Notes: generated from the letters alone by a model not told the origin. A stretch of 64,000 bases of DNA from Octopus sinensis (GCF_006345805.1 NC_043015.1:32674001-32738000); one strand, 5' to 3'. Positions 42,457-56,369 are shown, numbered from the stretch's first letter. Made by a program: numbers and translations.

Positions 42457-42500
42457 ACAATGACTTCGAAGTTTCGGCATGCTAGCCTTCGTCAGACTGT
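42457..42500 (-). ncRNA. Type-I hammerhead ribozyme with intact core
   Basis: Minus strand ACAGT-CTGACGA-A-GGC(tagcat)GCC-GAA-ACTTCGAAGT-C-ATTGT: complete CUGANGA/GAAA core, stem I 5 bp (one G.U), stem II 3 bp, palindromic helix III, GUC cleavage triplet. Confidence 0.8.
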
Positions 42501-43111
42501 ACATCCATCCAGCCATCCATCATTCCATCCATCCACACATACATACATACATACATACATTACATACATACAAATAAATGAGTAATTATGTATAGTTTTC
42601 AGCGCGCATTTGTGTATACTAATGCTACTGCGTAAGAGAAGAGTATCTTTAATATACACATTTGAGATGTGTGTCCGGTTTATCTTATTGTAGACATCTG
42701 TAGAGATATGATTTAAGATGGGTATATAATGTGTACATGTAATGTATGTGAGTGCGTGTTTGCGTCAGCGTGCGTGTATTTACATATATATATATGTGTG
42801 TGTGTGGTGTGTGTGTTCCATTAGGCTGTCTGAAGAATAACAACTTAACTACAACAACGTGTATTTAAAATATGGAAGCGCATCTGTGAAATACGTATTT
42901 TAAATATTTGTTTAATAGAGGCTCTGACATCGAATAGCTTCCACCAGATGATGAGAAAAAGGAGTCGCGGAAAGAGGTGATAAGGAGGGGGGAGCAGGAG
43001 TTGGAGGAGGATATTATTGATGGTGGTGGCGTTTGTGGTGGTAGCGATAATGCTGTTGATGATGATGTGGTAATATTGGTGGTAGTTCGGATTTTATTAG
43101 ACTATCGAATA

Positions 43112-43151
<40 letters not shown>

Positions 43152-43204
43152 TAATAATGATAATAATAAATAATAATGATAATAATAATAATAATAATGA
43201 TAAT

Positions 43205-43244
<40 letters not shown>

Positions 43245-43604
43245 TAATAATGATATTAATATAATAATAATAATTTCAAACGAAATGTCCCTTCAGTTCC
43301 CGGCGCCAATGAGGGGACTTGAAATAAATATCGCGTTCGCCACATTGGTACATATGAAATTAGATCTGGTTCAATTTGGATGGTTATATAATATCTTGAT
43401 GTAATTTGGATAAATATCCTAAAACAGATCCATATATGTGTGTGTGCGTGTATACACATACATATATACATACATAGATACATACATACATACATACATA
43501 CATACATGCACATGTATATACAAAATGTAAATATATGCATGTGTGTGTGTGTGTGTCTATGTCTACGTCTGTGTACATACCTCAACCAAATATAAATACT
43601 TCAA

Positions 43605-43661
<57 letters not shown>

Positions 43662-43664
<3 letters not shown>

Positions 43665-43803
43665 GATGGGCTACTTTCAGTTCCTGTGATTCAAATCCGC
43701 TCACAAGTCTTTAGTCGGCCGAGGAAGACATTTGCTTAAAGAAGGTACCACGGAAACATATGTTTGGAAGCAAGCTTCTTACCACACAGCCACGCCTGCG
43801 CCT
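43662..43803 (-). mobile_element. Degenerate tRNA-SINE head
   Basis: atacgatgggctactttcag..gcaagcttcttaccacacagccacgcctgcgcct is the reverse complement of the 12716 head. Confidence 0.7.
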
Positions 43804-43844
43804 GCTAGATCTGTATAGTATAAGTGCATTTATGTTTGTGCTTA

Positions 43845-43884
<40 letters not shown>

Positions 43885-44391
43885 CTTTTACTTGTTTCAG
43901 TCATTTGACTGCAGCCATGCTTGAGCACTGCTATATATAGAGAGAGATACAGATAGAGAGAGATCATATTAGCTGCCAAGATTTAAATATATTCGCGAGC
44001 ACAGCTTACTATATGTATATATATATTTACATATATACATATACATGCACAGGCCCCCACCCATACATAGATGCACACAAAAACGCACACACGCACGCAC
44101 ACATAGACATATACGCGCATACACACACACACGATAACACAAAAGAACAATGCACCATATGCTACCAGCAAAGAGAAAGTGCGAAAAGTGATAAACATCG
44201 CCAAAACATCTCATTTTCAATTGGTGACGAAGAAAGAAAAATTAGAAGACAAGGAATTTGAAACGAGAAATTAATCTAAAACGATTTGAATGAAAGATCT
44301 GCGACATTTTCTAAATGGCGCAACTGGTGTGTATTTAAACACAATTGTTATGCCAAGTAGTTTTTTGTTTCCTTCAGACACTATGGTTTTT

Positions 44392-44826
44392 GGATCTTTT
44401 CGGTTTGAACGGTAGTTTTTTAAAATAATTTCCACGTAACTAAACACTTTTAAACTTCGTATACTGGTAGAATGTGTTTACAAAACATCTTTTTCTCTTG
44501 GCTTTATTGAGAAAATTCTATAGTTTGTAAGATATTGTTGTTGTTTTTCTTCAATTTCTGCAATTTCAACCAATCAATGACGTCTATTGAGGTGAAAACA
44601 TTCTGTGCCGTATGAATATGTCCCTCGTTTAAGAAACAGATTGGGTTTATTTACATTTCTGAAGAAAAAAAAGATGCCCTTCTCCCACCCCTAACCCTAA
44701 CCCTAACTATAACCCTAACCCTAAAACAGATTGAAATGCAATAGATCGATACTAGGGTCATAATTATGGGTGACAATTTCATATGACACCGCTAGAAAAA
44801 AACTGCCGTTCAAACCGAAAAGATCC
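44392..44826. mobile_element. 435-bp non-autonomous TIR element with internal (CCCTAA)n
   Basis: 30-bp TIR GGATCTTTTCGGTTTGAACGG(T/C)AGTTTTTT at both ends with one mismatch; telomere-like CCCTAA repeats at 44688-44724. Confidence 0.8.
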
Positions 44827-45462
44827 GATTTTTATATAATTACAGTATAAACATAGATTAAAACCGATGATGAGCCTCGTAGAGTTTAAACCAATCTTTA
44901 AATTCATCTCCAACACTTCTCTTAATTGTACGAGTAATTCCTTTCGGAAAGTCTTGCACGTCTCAAACTCACGTTTTGTACACTTCTACATAGAACGATA
45001 AGTGCTTAGCTAAGCTGAAATATTTACGTAACCTAAGCTATTCGCAATATTTGGTTAACAGTAATACGATACAATTTAATGCATGGTTAAATAGTTAATA
45101 TATTATGTATAGTTAATCTGTTAAATGTAAGATATGTTTATATAGTTAATATCTGGTAAACAACCGCGCGATAAAATATTTAATGCATGGTTAAATAGTT
45201 GATATATTCTATATGGCTGATGTAGTAAAATGTAATATAGGGCTAACAAATAAATAATATATTATAAATGAAATGTGTGGAGCAATGGAGCAGCCATTGG
45301 GGAAGGAAGATATTGAACGAAGCAACAGGGAGGAGAGAGGAACCAGCCAGATAATAAACATGGCAAACCAAATATCAAATACATAACTGCGATTATGCAA
45401 TGTGTATGTGTATATATATATGCATGTATGTATGTATATGCTTATTTCTCTGTATCTGTGTG

Positions 45463-45510
<48 letters not shown>

Positions 45511-45827
45511 GCATGCACGACTGTATTTGATTGATTTTGGTGGTGAAGCTTGCCGCCCAAGGTGGAGCAAGCGTCATCTCAAAGAATTCCATCCAATGAG
45601 GTAACCCGAGAAACAATCTGTGTGTGTATGCGTATGCATGTGTGAGTATGTATCTATGAGTGTGCAGCTACGTATATTCACCACACATACATATTTATAT
45701 ATAAATATATATAAATATATTATATATATATTATATATATTATATATATATATATTTCATATTCCATGCACTCGTACTTTGTATTTTTTGTTGTACACGT
45801 TCCATGACGCCCTGTGCCTACATATGC

Positions 45828-45858
<31 letters not shown>

Positions 45859-46539
45859 GTATAGATGTATGTACATATACGTATGTACATATGCAATATA
45901 TAACATACATACAAACACACACACACACAACACACACCACACAACACACATACATATATATATATATATTTATATGTATATACACACACAAACATATATA
46001 TATATCTTAATCAATGTAATTAAATTCGAATCTAAATGTAAGTGTAATATACTAAAATGTATATATAAGTACGTGCGACGACGTAATACTATTCGTTCTC
46101 TCTCTCCCCCTCTCCCCCCACCCCTGTGCAATATATTATATATCATGGTTGTAGCCATCAGTTCAAGTATAAATTCTGGAGTCCTAAACTCTCACTCAGA
46201 ATAAAGACGTACACTCGCGGACGTATACACAATTGTACAAACACTGAAAATGCAGACACACACATTGATTCATACACACATGTATATATATATATGTATG
46301 TATGCGTGTTGTGTGTGTGAGTGTGTGTGTGTGAGTGTGTGTGTGTGAGAGAGTGTATGTGTGAGTGTGTGTGTATTTGTGCTTGTGTGTATTTATAAGC
46401 GTGAATCCGAAATTTTATTCACTTTGTTAGTCTTGAAACCTGTAGGGACATGTTTTCCCCACAGTTTTATATTATGTTATGTATGTATGTATAAATATAT
46501 ACACACGCACCACCAAAAACACACACGTATACATACATA

Positions 46540-46575
<36 letters not shown>

Positions 46576-46726
46576 TATTGCATATACAAAAATATTATAT
46601 ATTATAATATATATAATATATATATCATATACATCTTATTTCTAAATGTATGCGTATGTAAAAATGAATATATAGAGAGCAATAATACCGTAACGACATA
46701 AAAGGGAATCTATACATATATATACT

Positions 46727-46767
<41 letters not shown>

Positions 46768-47018
46768 TCACACATGAATTTGTTCAGCCACCTCATTTCA
46801 CGCATCCCGTATTTAGCTTACTCGTATTTATTTAAAATTTTTTTTAGATTTATATATTTCATTTCATTTTACCTCAAACATTAACTTATTTATGCTTCTC
46901 CCCAGGTCTGTATATCTATGCGTTAAAAGCCAATACATACATATACATCCAATACATACGTATATCTAATGTATATAGATTAATACTTATGCATACGCGA
47001 TGATACACACGCATACAC

Positions 47019-47061
<43 letters not shown>

Positions 47062-47366
47062 GTGTGTGTGTGTGGTGTGTGTGTGTGGTGTTTGTGTGAG
47101 GGTGTGTGAGGGTTGTATGAGGGTGTATGGTGTCTGCCTATCAAAGGAACATTTTCTATCATGCGTGCCTCATAGCGTTTTATTGCTTTCCACGTTATAC
47201 ATATTAGCCGTTAAAGTCCTTGGCAAAATCTGTGCTTTCAATCAGTCTCATGTAGTCCCCTATAACTGTCTCCTTTACACACTCACTTCTTCTCCTTCTC
47301 TCACTCTCTCTCCCTCTGTTATGTTCTTTATATCTCTCTGCCTCTCTCTCATTCTTTCTCACACAC

Positions 47367-47399
<33 letters not shown>

Positions 47400-47479
47400 T
47401 TTCCTTCAGCCATAATCGTCACTGTCACCTACTTCTATTTCTCATCGCGCAAAAAGGAATAATGAAATTAATAATAATA

Positions 47480-47650
47480 AAGGCCAGCAAGGTGAAAAGG
47501 GTTTAGTCGATTGCATCGAGCCCAGCACATGACTGGTACTTTATTTCATCGATTCTGAAAGGTCAAATGCAAAGTCGAGCTCGGTGGGATTTGAACTCGG
47601 TCGTGAATAGTCGGAAGAAAGGCACTAAAGTGTTTGTCGAACTTGCTATC
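47480..47650 (-). mobile_element. SINE (core family), reverse orientation
   Basis: gtcgattgcatcgagcccagcacatgactggtacttt..gcaaagtcgagctcggtgggatttgaactc. Confidence 0.65.
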
Positions 47651-47652
47651 AA

Positions 47653-47848
47653 TTACTCTTTTACTCCTTTACTTGTTTCAGTCATTTGACTAAGGCCATG
47701 CTGGAGCACCGCCTTTAGTCGAGCAAATCGACCCCAGGACTTATTCCTTGTCAGCCTAGTACTTATTCTATCGGTCTCTTTTACCGAACCGCTAAGTTAC
47801 GGGGACGTAAACACACCAGCATCGGTTGTCAAGCCGATGTTGGAGGGA
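47653..47848 (-). mobile_element. Well-preserved SINE 3' portion
   Basis: tactcttttactcc..cttgtttcagtcatttgact..gaaccgctaagttacggggacgtaaacacaccagcatcggttgtcaag; shared with 2790-2850, 43885-43930 and 41145-41260. Confidence 0.8.
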
Positions 47849-47889
47849 TGTTTTGCGTTCTTGTCCCCATTTTTTTATTTGTATTTTTT

Positions 47890-47920
<31 letters not shown>

Positions 47921-47999
47921 TATAAGATTATATTAATAAAACAATACAAAGCTTAAACTTAAGCTCAAATTGCGAAACCCACTCAGCCAGATGAAAATC

Positions 48000-49030
48000 C
48001 TACTTTTCAGACTAAGCAGGCCTTCTATGTTTCTGAACATCCTCTGCCATTTTCTTTTTTCTGGTCCACGTCAATGCCCGTTCCAGAAATGTCTGTGAGC
48101 AATTTGAGTGTCGAGGAAACCCAAAGCTGGCCCATGTTCTGCTGATAGTTTATGAGAAATTTTTCTCTTACGACATTCTCTTTTGTTTTTTTTTTAAATT
48201 TTTAATCAGATTCTTGTAGTATCCGAATCCTGTCTCTATTACAGTCTGTACTGCATTAATCTCGACATTTTCATGGAGTTCCTTTGTTATGTGTTCTCTC
48301 ATTCGTTTCAGAAAGTTAACGTAACGTACTACATGGGACTGTGATGGACTCCTCCTCACACTTTTGCTAGCTGTTTTTAGGGATACATTCTCTGTCTGTC
48401 TTTCTCTCTCTCTCTACCTATCTTCTCTTTCTCTCTCTTTCCTTGTGAGAGGTGTCGCTTTTCCTTTTTCTTTACTCCAGAAGTCTAGTTTATCTCCAGA
48501 TCTCCAGCAGTCAGCCTAATCGCCTCTCCGACCTTCTTATCACTTTTATGGCCGGTTGGGGATTCCTTTCGTTTCTCGATATGCTCTTAGAACTGAGGGT
48601 GAGACACTCACTCTGAGTAGTGGTGCCCTAGGGAGAGCAGGCCCAGTAACTTGCTGGGTCTGAATAAATTGATTCACCAATACTTTCAGATGTGTAACAG
48701 CTGGGTATTTTATCTTGAATGACCAGTCGTAAAGCCCCTCTCTCGGTACTCACTAAACAGTACAACCTCCGGGTCTTTAAGGGTCATGAGAACTTGTATA
48801 TACATGGAGACCTCACCTAACCACAATCAGCAAAACTCAGCTCAGCGCTGACCCCTAGTTCCTACCGTTCTATGAAAGTAAGCCAAGCAGAGTGTCAACG
48901 TTGTCCTAAATCTCTTTTACTGTGACATTTGTGTTTCTTCGTCCCAAATACTCTAAGGACACGTGTGGGCTGCACCAACTGAGATTGGTACTTCAGCCCA
49001 TCCTCAGCTTCGAAAATGATATATACCACC
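48000..49030 (-). mobile_element. Possible degraded ORF1 (gag-like) of an L1/Tx1-type LINE
   Basis: Protein-like minus-strand fragments across stops and frameshifts: YLGRRNTNVTVKEI*DNVDTLL (RRM-like) and ALRLVIQDKIPSCYTSESIG (decayed CCHC-like); family assigned by recall only. Confidence 0.35.
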
Positions 49031-49051
49031 ATCTTTTTTCCCTCCTCTTTC

Positions 49052-49052
49052 A

Positions 49053-49110
<58 letters not shown>

Positions 49111-49143
49111 TTATTATTACTACTATACTACTACTACTACTAC

Positions 49144-49175
<32 letters not shown>

Positions 49176-49223
49176 TTAATGATAATAATAATAATAATGA
49201 TGATGATGATGATGATGATGATG

Positions 49224-49256
<33 letters not shown>

Positions 49257-49316
49257 TTAATGATGATAATAATAATAATGATGATGATGATGATGATGGT
49301 GATAATAATAATAATA

Positions 49317-49363
<47 letters not shown>

Positions 49364-49427
49364 AATAATAATAATAATAATAATATTAATGATGATAATA
49401 ATAATAATGATGATGATGATGATGATG

Positions 49428-49460
<33 letters not shown>

Positions 49461-49481
49461 TTAATGATAATAATAATAATA

Positions 49482-49516
<35 letters not shown>

Positions 49517-49600
49517 ATAATAATAATAATAATATTAATGATAATAATAATAATAATGATGATGATGATGATAATGATGATGATGATAATAATAATAATA
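49052..49600. repeat. Compound (TAC)/(TAA)/(TGA) array with recurring higher-order unit
   Basis: Marker aatattaatga recurs about five times between TAA and TGA blocks. Confidence 0.9.
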
Positions 49601-50039
49601 ACCTTTTCTGTTACAGGTACAAGGCCTGAAAGTTTGGGTGTTGGAGATTTGAACTTAGAATGTAAAGAAGGGTGAAATGCTGCTGAGTATCCAACTCAAA
49701 TGTAATCGAACAGAATAATGTTCAAAGGTTTCGACAGTGACCATTCGGTGGTTCGATCAATACAACTACCTAAACGATGCTTAACATTTAATCACTGGCC
49801 GAGTATTCCCCAAACACATATCTCATTAATGCAAATTCTCATTTAGTAGAATCTTGGAAGAAATTACAAGTTGGCTTCTGGTACAATCAGTTGACCTCTG
49901 CCCAATTTCCTTCGCTAAAATTGGGTACTTTTCAGACTAGAACTGAAAAAAGAAAAAAAATACAGAAAAACCTACTTAAACTGCTACGCAATGAGATGGA
50001 ACTCACAAGGTCAATATTGTTAAAGTAAATATGAACCGG

Positions 50040-50275
50040 AGGGGGCATCTGGCTTATTGGTTAGGGAGTTGCACTCATAATAATCGTAAGATTGTGATTT
50101 CGATTCCTGGACCGGGCGACGCGTTGTGTTCTTGAGCAAAACACTTCATTTCACATTGCTCTAGTTCACTCAGCTATAATGAGTAAACCTGTAACAGACT
50201 GGCGACCCATCCAGGGGAATGGGAGTATACAAAACCACAGAAACCGGAAAACGGTCTTATGAGTCTATGCCGCGG
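50040..50275 (+). mobile_element. tRNA-derived SINE with V-domain-like centre
   Basis: tggcttattggttaggg (A-box-like), atttcgattcc (B-box-like), tgtgttcttgagcaaaacactt, gactggcgacccatccagggg. Confidence 0.65.
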
Positions 50276-50944
50276 GAAAGATCATTAAATTCCAAACAAC
50301 CTGTCTATATAGACGCTTCTCTTTAACCACGTGCAAAAATCCATCGATTTTAGAAAATGGTGTAGTCAATTATATCAATACACGGCCTTGATTGGAACTT
50401 ATCTTTTATAGAACTCAGAACTATGAAAGGCGAAGTGAAACCACAGGTTAGGGTTTAATTTAATAAAGAGAGTAAAAGGAGATACGTAAGCACCAACAAC
50501 TGATGTATTCGTCACTCTACCGGGAAGTATATGTACGGTAGTCTAGCTACCAGTTCATGGGGATAATTACTCCGTCTTAGACAGCAGAAAGCAAAGACAT
50601 AATATCGAGAAAAGTATTTCTAATGGAATACTTTTAAATTTGTCTTCAAGATTCTGTGTCTAGTCAGAAATAGAAAGAGCTGGAAGACATAATTATTTTT
50701 TTATGAGTGCGATTGTCATAATGTTATGTATTGTACCGCTGTATCTGCGTGTGTGTGTGGTGTGTGTGTGGTGTGTGTGTGTGTGTGTGTTTATGTGTGT
50801 GTCAGAGTGTATGTGCATGCGTGTGTGTATGTGTGTTATTTTATTTTTAAATTTTCATTAAAATCTTACGCCATTTTATATGACGATAGAAACATCCTTC
50901 GGGGAGATTTCCTCCAACGTTACGCTTACACTCGCACACACACA

Positions 50945-50982
<38 letters not shown>

Positions 50983-51704
50983 TGTATATGTCTGTATGAA
51001 TCTGATTATATCGATGTATGTATGCATTAAAACACACATATGTATGCATATAACTGTGTGTGTGTGTGTGTGTGTGTTGCGTGAGTGTTCTATTGTTAAG
51101 ATGTTACCAGATTCCTTCTTGTACACACACAGACGTCGATTGGTTAGACAGACTTTGCTTTTTAATACGATTTATACTTATATGCATAAACATATGCACA
51201 CGCACACACTCACATACATACTCGCATATATACATACCATGCACACACACACATGTATACACACACACACACACACACACATATATGTATACATGAATAT
51301 ATATGTATATGTGTGCATATGTATGTGTACACATATTTATTTAGATACCCGCACACATACGCAAACACATATACACATACGTAAGGACACACATATACAT
51401 ACATACATATGCACACACACACACAAATATACATATTATATCAACGCAGACAGACAGACAGGCATACATTCCTACCGCCAACACCACCATAACATCACTA
51501 CTACTACTACTACTACTACTACCACACCACCGCCACCACTGCCACCACCACCACCACCGCCACCATCACACCACCACTACCACACCACCACCACCACCAC
51601 CACCAACATGCTATTGGTTATGATAATATTGTAATATAGACTTCATATTTACCACGTGAACTACGATGAAAATAATATGAGAAAGATATGGTGTATAATT
51701 TTTT

Positions 51705-51776
51705 TGTGCAGGGTTCCTTGAGACATGTAATTTATTTTAAGGGTTACGTAAGGGTAAAAAGGGTTGAGAAACACTG
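51705..51776. mobile_element. hAT-like terminal fragment
   Basis: Ends GGTTGAGAAACACTG (reverse complement CAGTGTTTCTCAACC), a Charlie/hAT-type TIR; partner end not seen. Confidence 0.45.
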
Positions 51777-52281
51777 GTGTAGATGCATGCAGGGAGGGAA
51801 GCATTTCTTCAGTTTATTTCTACCACTGACCCCCACTTTTCAGTAAATTTACTGGAAACAACACCTCCCTCAACACCCTCAACATATTCTGCAAGTACAA
51901 CCTGAAGAAATTCATAAGAACCTGGCTATGCAAGAAAATCTCTGTCTTTGGTCCATTTAGTAATGTCCGCTTTGGTTACCGCACAAAGGAAACCGCGTTT
52001 GACCAGAAGTGTGACTCTTGCAATGAACTTGGTTGATGACCAGATCAGCCCAACATGTTACAACAGATGTTTGACTTAACTTCAGGTATCTGCGATGATT
52101 GATTCCCAATAAAATGTGTGCAAGAACGGTTTCGTTGCCCGATAGTCATCTGAGACAGACGGCGGCTGTCTCAGATGATGACTATCGACTTTATTCGAAA
52201 CGGGAACGACCCCCAGGGGTACAGATCACGATGGAACTTGACCACAGATTACGGATTAAATTGACAATGCCGGCAACAGCA

Positions 52282-52640
52282 GTGGAGGCACAATGGCCCA
52301 GTGGTTAGGGCAGTGGACTCGCGGTCGGAGGATCGCGGTTTCGATTCCCAGACTGGGCGTTGTGTTTGTTTATTGAGCGAAAACACCTAAAGCTCCACAA
52401 GGCTCCGGCAAGGGGTGGTGGCGACCCCTGTTGTACTCTTTCGCTCCAACTTTCTCTCACACTATCTTCCTGTTTCTCGTACTCGACTTCCTACGCAACC
52501 GCTGAGCCTGGATGCGCATTCATCCATCCGTTGATGGTCTCGGTGTCGGGGGTTGACCTGCTTTCTCTTCTGCAGGTCTTACGAATAGCAAAGGACAACG
52601 TTTCGGACTTCTCCCAAACGCTCAACAAACAAATAAGCAG
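52282..52640 (+). mobile_element. Long tRNA-derived SINE (family of 5275)
   Basis: A box TGGCCCAGTGG (52294-52304), B box GGTTTCGATTCC (52337-52348), body gagcgaaaacacctaaagctccac..ggctccggc. Confidence 0.8.
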
Positions 52641-53205
52641 CAGCAGCAGCAGCAGCGGCGGCGGCGGTGGTAGCAGTAGTGGTCATGGCTATGATACTGA
52701 TGATGATGATGACGAATACGACGACAATGATGATAATTATTATGAAGACGATGTGGATGATAACAATGATGATGACGACGTCGATTATGATGATGATGAT
52801 GATGATGACGAGGACGACGATGATGAGGATGACGACGACGACGATGATGATGGTTGGAGGTGATTCCAACACGAGAGGTATCTCTGTAGTAGAGAACATC
52901 TCACCTCGCGCACCAGCGGCTCTTTGCCACCACCGTCGATCACTTGGCTCACAATAATTAAAACGCATAGAAAACATCTGTATATCTTTTTGGAGTCTAT
53001 CAAATATTAATTAAGGTAAAGGAAAGTCTGCTGAGAACAAAGGTATGTAAATAAAACATATCAGGTGTAAATCTAGCAAGATAGATGTTTAAAAACCTGG
53101 AAAGATAGACAGGTAGATTGATAATTAGATAGACAGTCATGTAAATAAGTTAGGTAGGTGGTTAGAGAGATGGTGAGAATGAGAGAGACAGAGAGGGAGA
53201 CAGAA

Positions 53206-53236
<31 letters not shown>

Positions 53237-53402
53237 GAAAAAGAGAAAGAGAGAGAAAGGAAAAGAAAGACACATAAGTAGGTATGGTGGTAGGTAGATA
53301 GGTAAGTGGGTAGGATAGACAGATAGCACACTATGTGTGTGAGTGTGTGTCCACATACAATCACACACTCACTCACTCACTCTTTCTCTCTCACGCACGT
53401 AC

Positions 53403-53454
<52 letters not shown>

Positions 53455-53913
53455 GTTTCTTTATTAGCCACACAGGGCTGCACACAGATAGAACAAATTA
53501 CAAGTAGAGCTTTTCTTTTGGGGGTAAAAAAAAAAAAAAAGGGGGAGAGTGGTGGTTTTCGATCAAAAGGATCGAAAAAAAAAAGGAAAGAAAAAGGGGA
53601 AAAAAAAGGGGAGAGAAAAAAATGAATAATAGGGATCGTTAAAACACAGAAATGTCAATATGAAGTGTAAAGGGGAGGACAGGTGAGTTTACTCGTGGAA
53701 AGAAAAGCCTACGGAAAAGACCACGGTACCTCTCGTCATGAAGTCACATGTTATATTTCTTTTTCTTTCTTTTTTTTTTTGCAAATAAGCAACTCTCTGT
53801 ATTAATTTTTATGGTTCATAGAATCATAGTCAAGGTGGCTTCGTCATTCATACGTGCCATCCTTGCTACATTCACCCATCTTTTTTTAAAACATTCACTA
53901 GACAAAACTTGCC
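53455..53913 (-). mobile_element. 5'-truncated non-LTR retrotransposon 3' end (Tx1/L1-like) inserted in (TAGA)n
   Basis: ORF2-like C-terminus RQVLSSECFKKRWVNVARMARMNDEATLTMIL*, then a ~360-bp 3' UTR with T-rich tracts and AATAAA just before the junction; TAGA repeats abut both ends. Clade assigned from recall. Confidence 0.65.
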
Positions 53914-53978
<65 letters not shown>

Positions 53979-54291
53979 GGATAGATAGGATGGATGGATG
54001 GATGGATGGATAGATAGATACGTAGACAGACAGCAAACGATAAGAGAAAAAGGTAGGATAGAGACAAACAGCTAAATAGATTACCATATGTGTATATATT
54101 ATTGTGCGTGTGCGCACATGTAGTGAGGTCTATGTATGCCTATCTTAGACACTAAGAATCCTATCTATCTATCTGTCTATCTATCGGCCCGGGTAGCTGT
54201 TTAAGGGTCTATATATCAGACTGTCAATCCCTATTTCATACATGTGTGTGAGTGCCAATGCATTCGAGGGAGAGTTGTACCAAGTAACATG

Positions 54292-54342
<51 letters not shown>

Positions 54343-54527
54343 ATAATGTATATATATATATATGTATATATGGATAAAACTTACTTGGAAGAGGATGCGT
54401 GGCGTTCAACCATATAATAATATAAATAATGTTTATGTTTGTTTATGTTTATGTTTTCCAGTTTCAGCTCTTGAGCTGTGGCCATGCTGGGGCACCGCAT
54501 ATAATATATATATATTATTTATATTAT

Positions 54528-54587
<60 letters not shown>

Positions 54588-54599
54588 CACTATATATAT

Positions 54600-54748
54600 A
54601 TACAGCTGAGCAACGCTAATAAAGTGGAGCGACGTGAAATATAGTGTCTTGCTCAAGAACACAACACACAGTTTGATCCGGGAATCGAACTCACTACCTC
54701 ATGATTGTGAGCCCGACGCCTTAACCATTGAGTCATTAGACTTCACGC
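54600..54748 (-). mobile_element. tRNA-derived SINE head
   Basis: ggagcgacgtgaaat..gtgtcttgctcaagaacacaac..ccgggaatcgaactc (B box GAGTTCGATTCCC on the minus strand)..ttaaccattgag. Confidence 0.75.
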
Positions 54749-55276
54749 AAACACACACACACACACATACACAAAATATATACCTATGTGCATGAGTATC
54801 ACTAAAATATATGAATAAATAAATATAAATATATTGTGTATGTGTGTAACTACATGTATATATATATATAATATGTATATACATATATACATACGCACAC
54901 ATATGTATATATTCATATATACACACATATAGATACATATATAAGTTTGGGTGTGTATATATCTGTTAATGTAGATGTGTTTCTTTATACGTATGTAAAT
55001 AAAGGAACGTAATTCTCTGCAAATCAGCCAAGCTATGTGAAATAAAAGAGACAATGGTGTGTTCAGAGAACTTCGGTTGCAATATGAATGTGGAATAATC
55101 GGAGAGACTTCTTTACAATGTCTGCTTTGGCAATTATTTCCACGTCTAGAATCAATATTTCCTGTACAGTGTTGGAGAGATATCAAAATATATGTCATAA
55201 TTAATATTCAGTCTCACTGAGCCGTACATTAGCATACAAACACACGCACGCACACACACACTCACATACACACACA

Positions 55277-55315
<39 letters not shown>

Positions 55316-55473
55316 AAATATATATATATATATATGTATGTATATATGAATGTATCTATGTATCTATGTATCTATCTATATATATATACGTGTATATATA
55401 TTTATAATGCCAGTGCAGTGTTCGAAAGGACAGGCGTAATCATTCTGTATACAAACGCATGCCTCAAGACATG

Positions 55474-55564
<91 letters not shown>

Positions 55565-55793
55565 TGTGTGTGTGTGTGTGTGTTTGTATGTGTGTGTGTG
55601 TGTGTATGTGTGGTGTGTGTGTGTGTATAAATATATAGTTTACATATGATCAGACAAAACATATGCTTAGAGCAAAGAACGCATTGACACAAATACATAC
55701 ACATATACGCTTTATACATGAATGTGTTTCAGAATATACACATACATAAATGAAAGTACATTTTGTGCATTTATAGAGGGTATCTTGTGCTTG

Positions 55794-55837
<44 letters not shown>

Positions 55838-56369
55838 TATGTGCATGAGTATAACTAAACTATATACTCATGTATAGTAGGCTTTATTCATCATCCTTTA
55901 AATATTAAGAGGATCTTACAGATCTTTATAGTCCCAGAACCCACGATACACTTTTAGCTTCATATCTGTTTTTATTGGAGATAGTAATAGATGTGAAGTT
56001 GAAAGTGTAACTTAGTTACTAGATTTGCAATAAAGGTCTATTTTCGGTAGAGGTCTTCTTACCCTAATATTTTTCTGACTACATTGCTGTTCAGAATATA
56101 ACTGATTTGCATGACGGTTTTCCTTCCTGTCCCACACTACGATACCTGGCCTGTTGTGTTTTAACTCGGTGGCTGTTTAAATTTTAAAATATTCTTTCGA
56201 CCCATCAGTCTCAATATAATCAACTCCTCTATGTGTTTGCTTTTATATGATGCTATATAATTATATGATTCTATATAAACGAAGATATTTCCTTCGTTTT
56301 GCTGCTTTTCTTTCTACGAAATGAGAAGATCACTTGCGGGAATGTTATTTTAACGAGTTGTATAGTTAT

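Noticed and set aside
44688-44724. True telomere or chromosome-fusion scar
   Set aside because: Only about five imperfect units, lying inside a TIR-bounded element.
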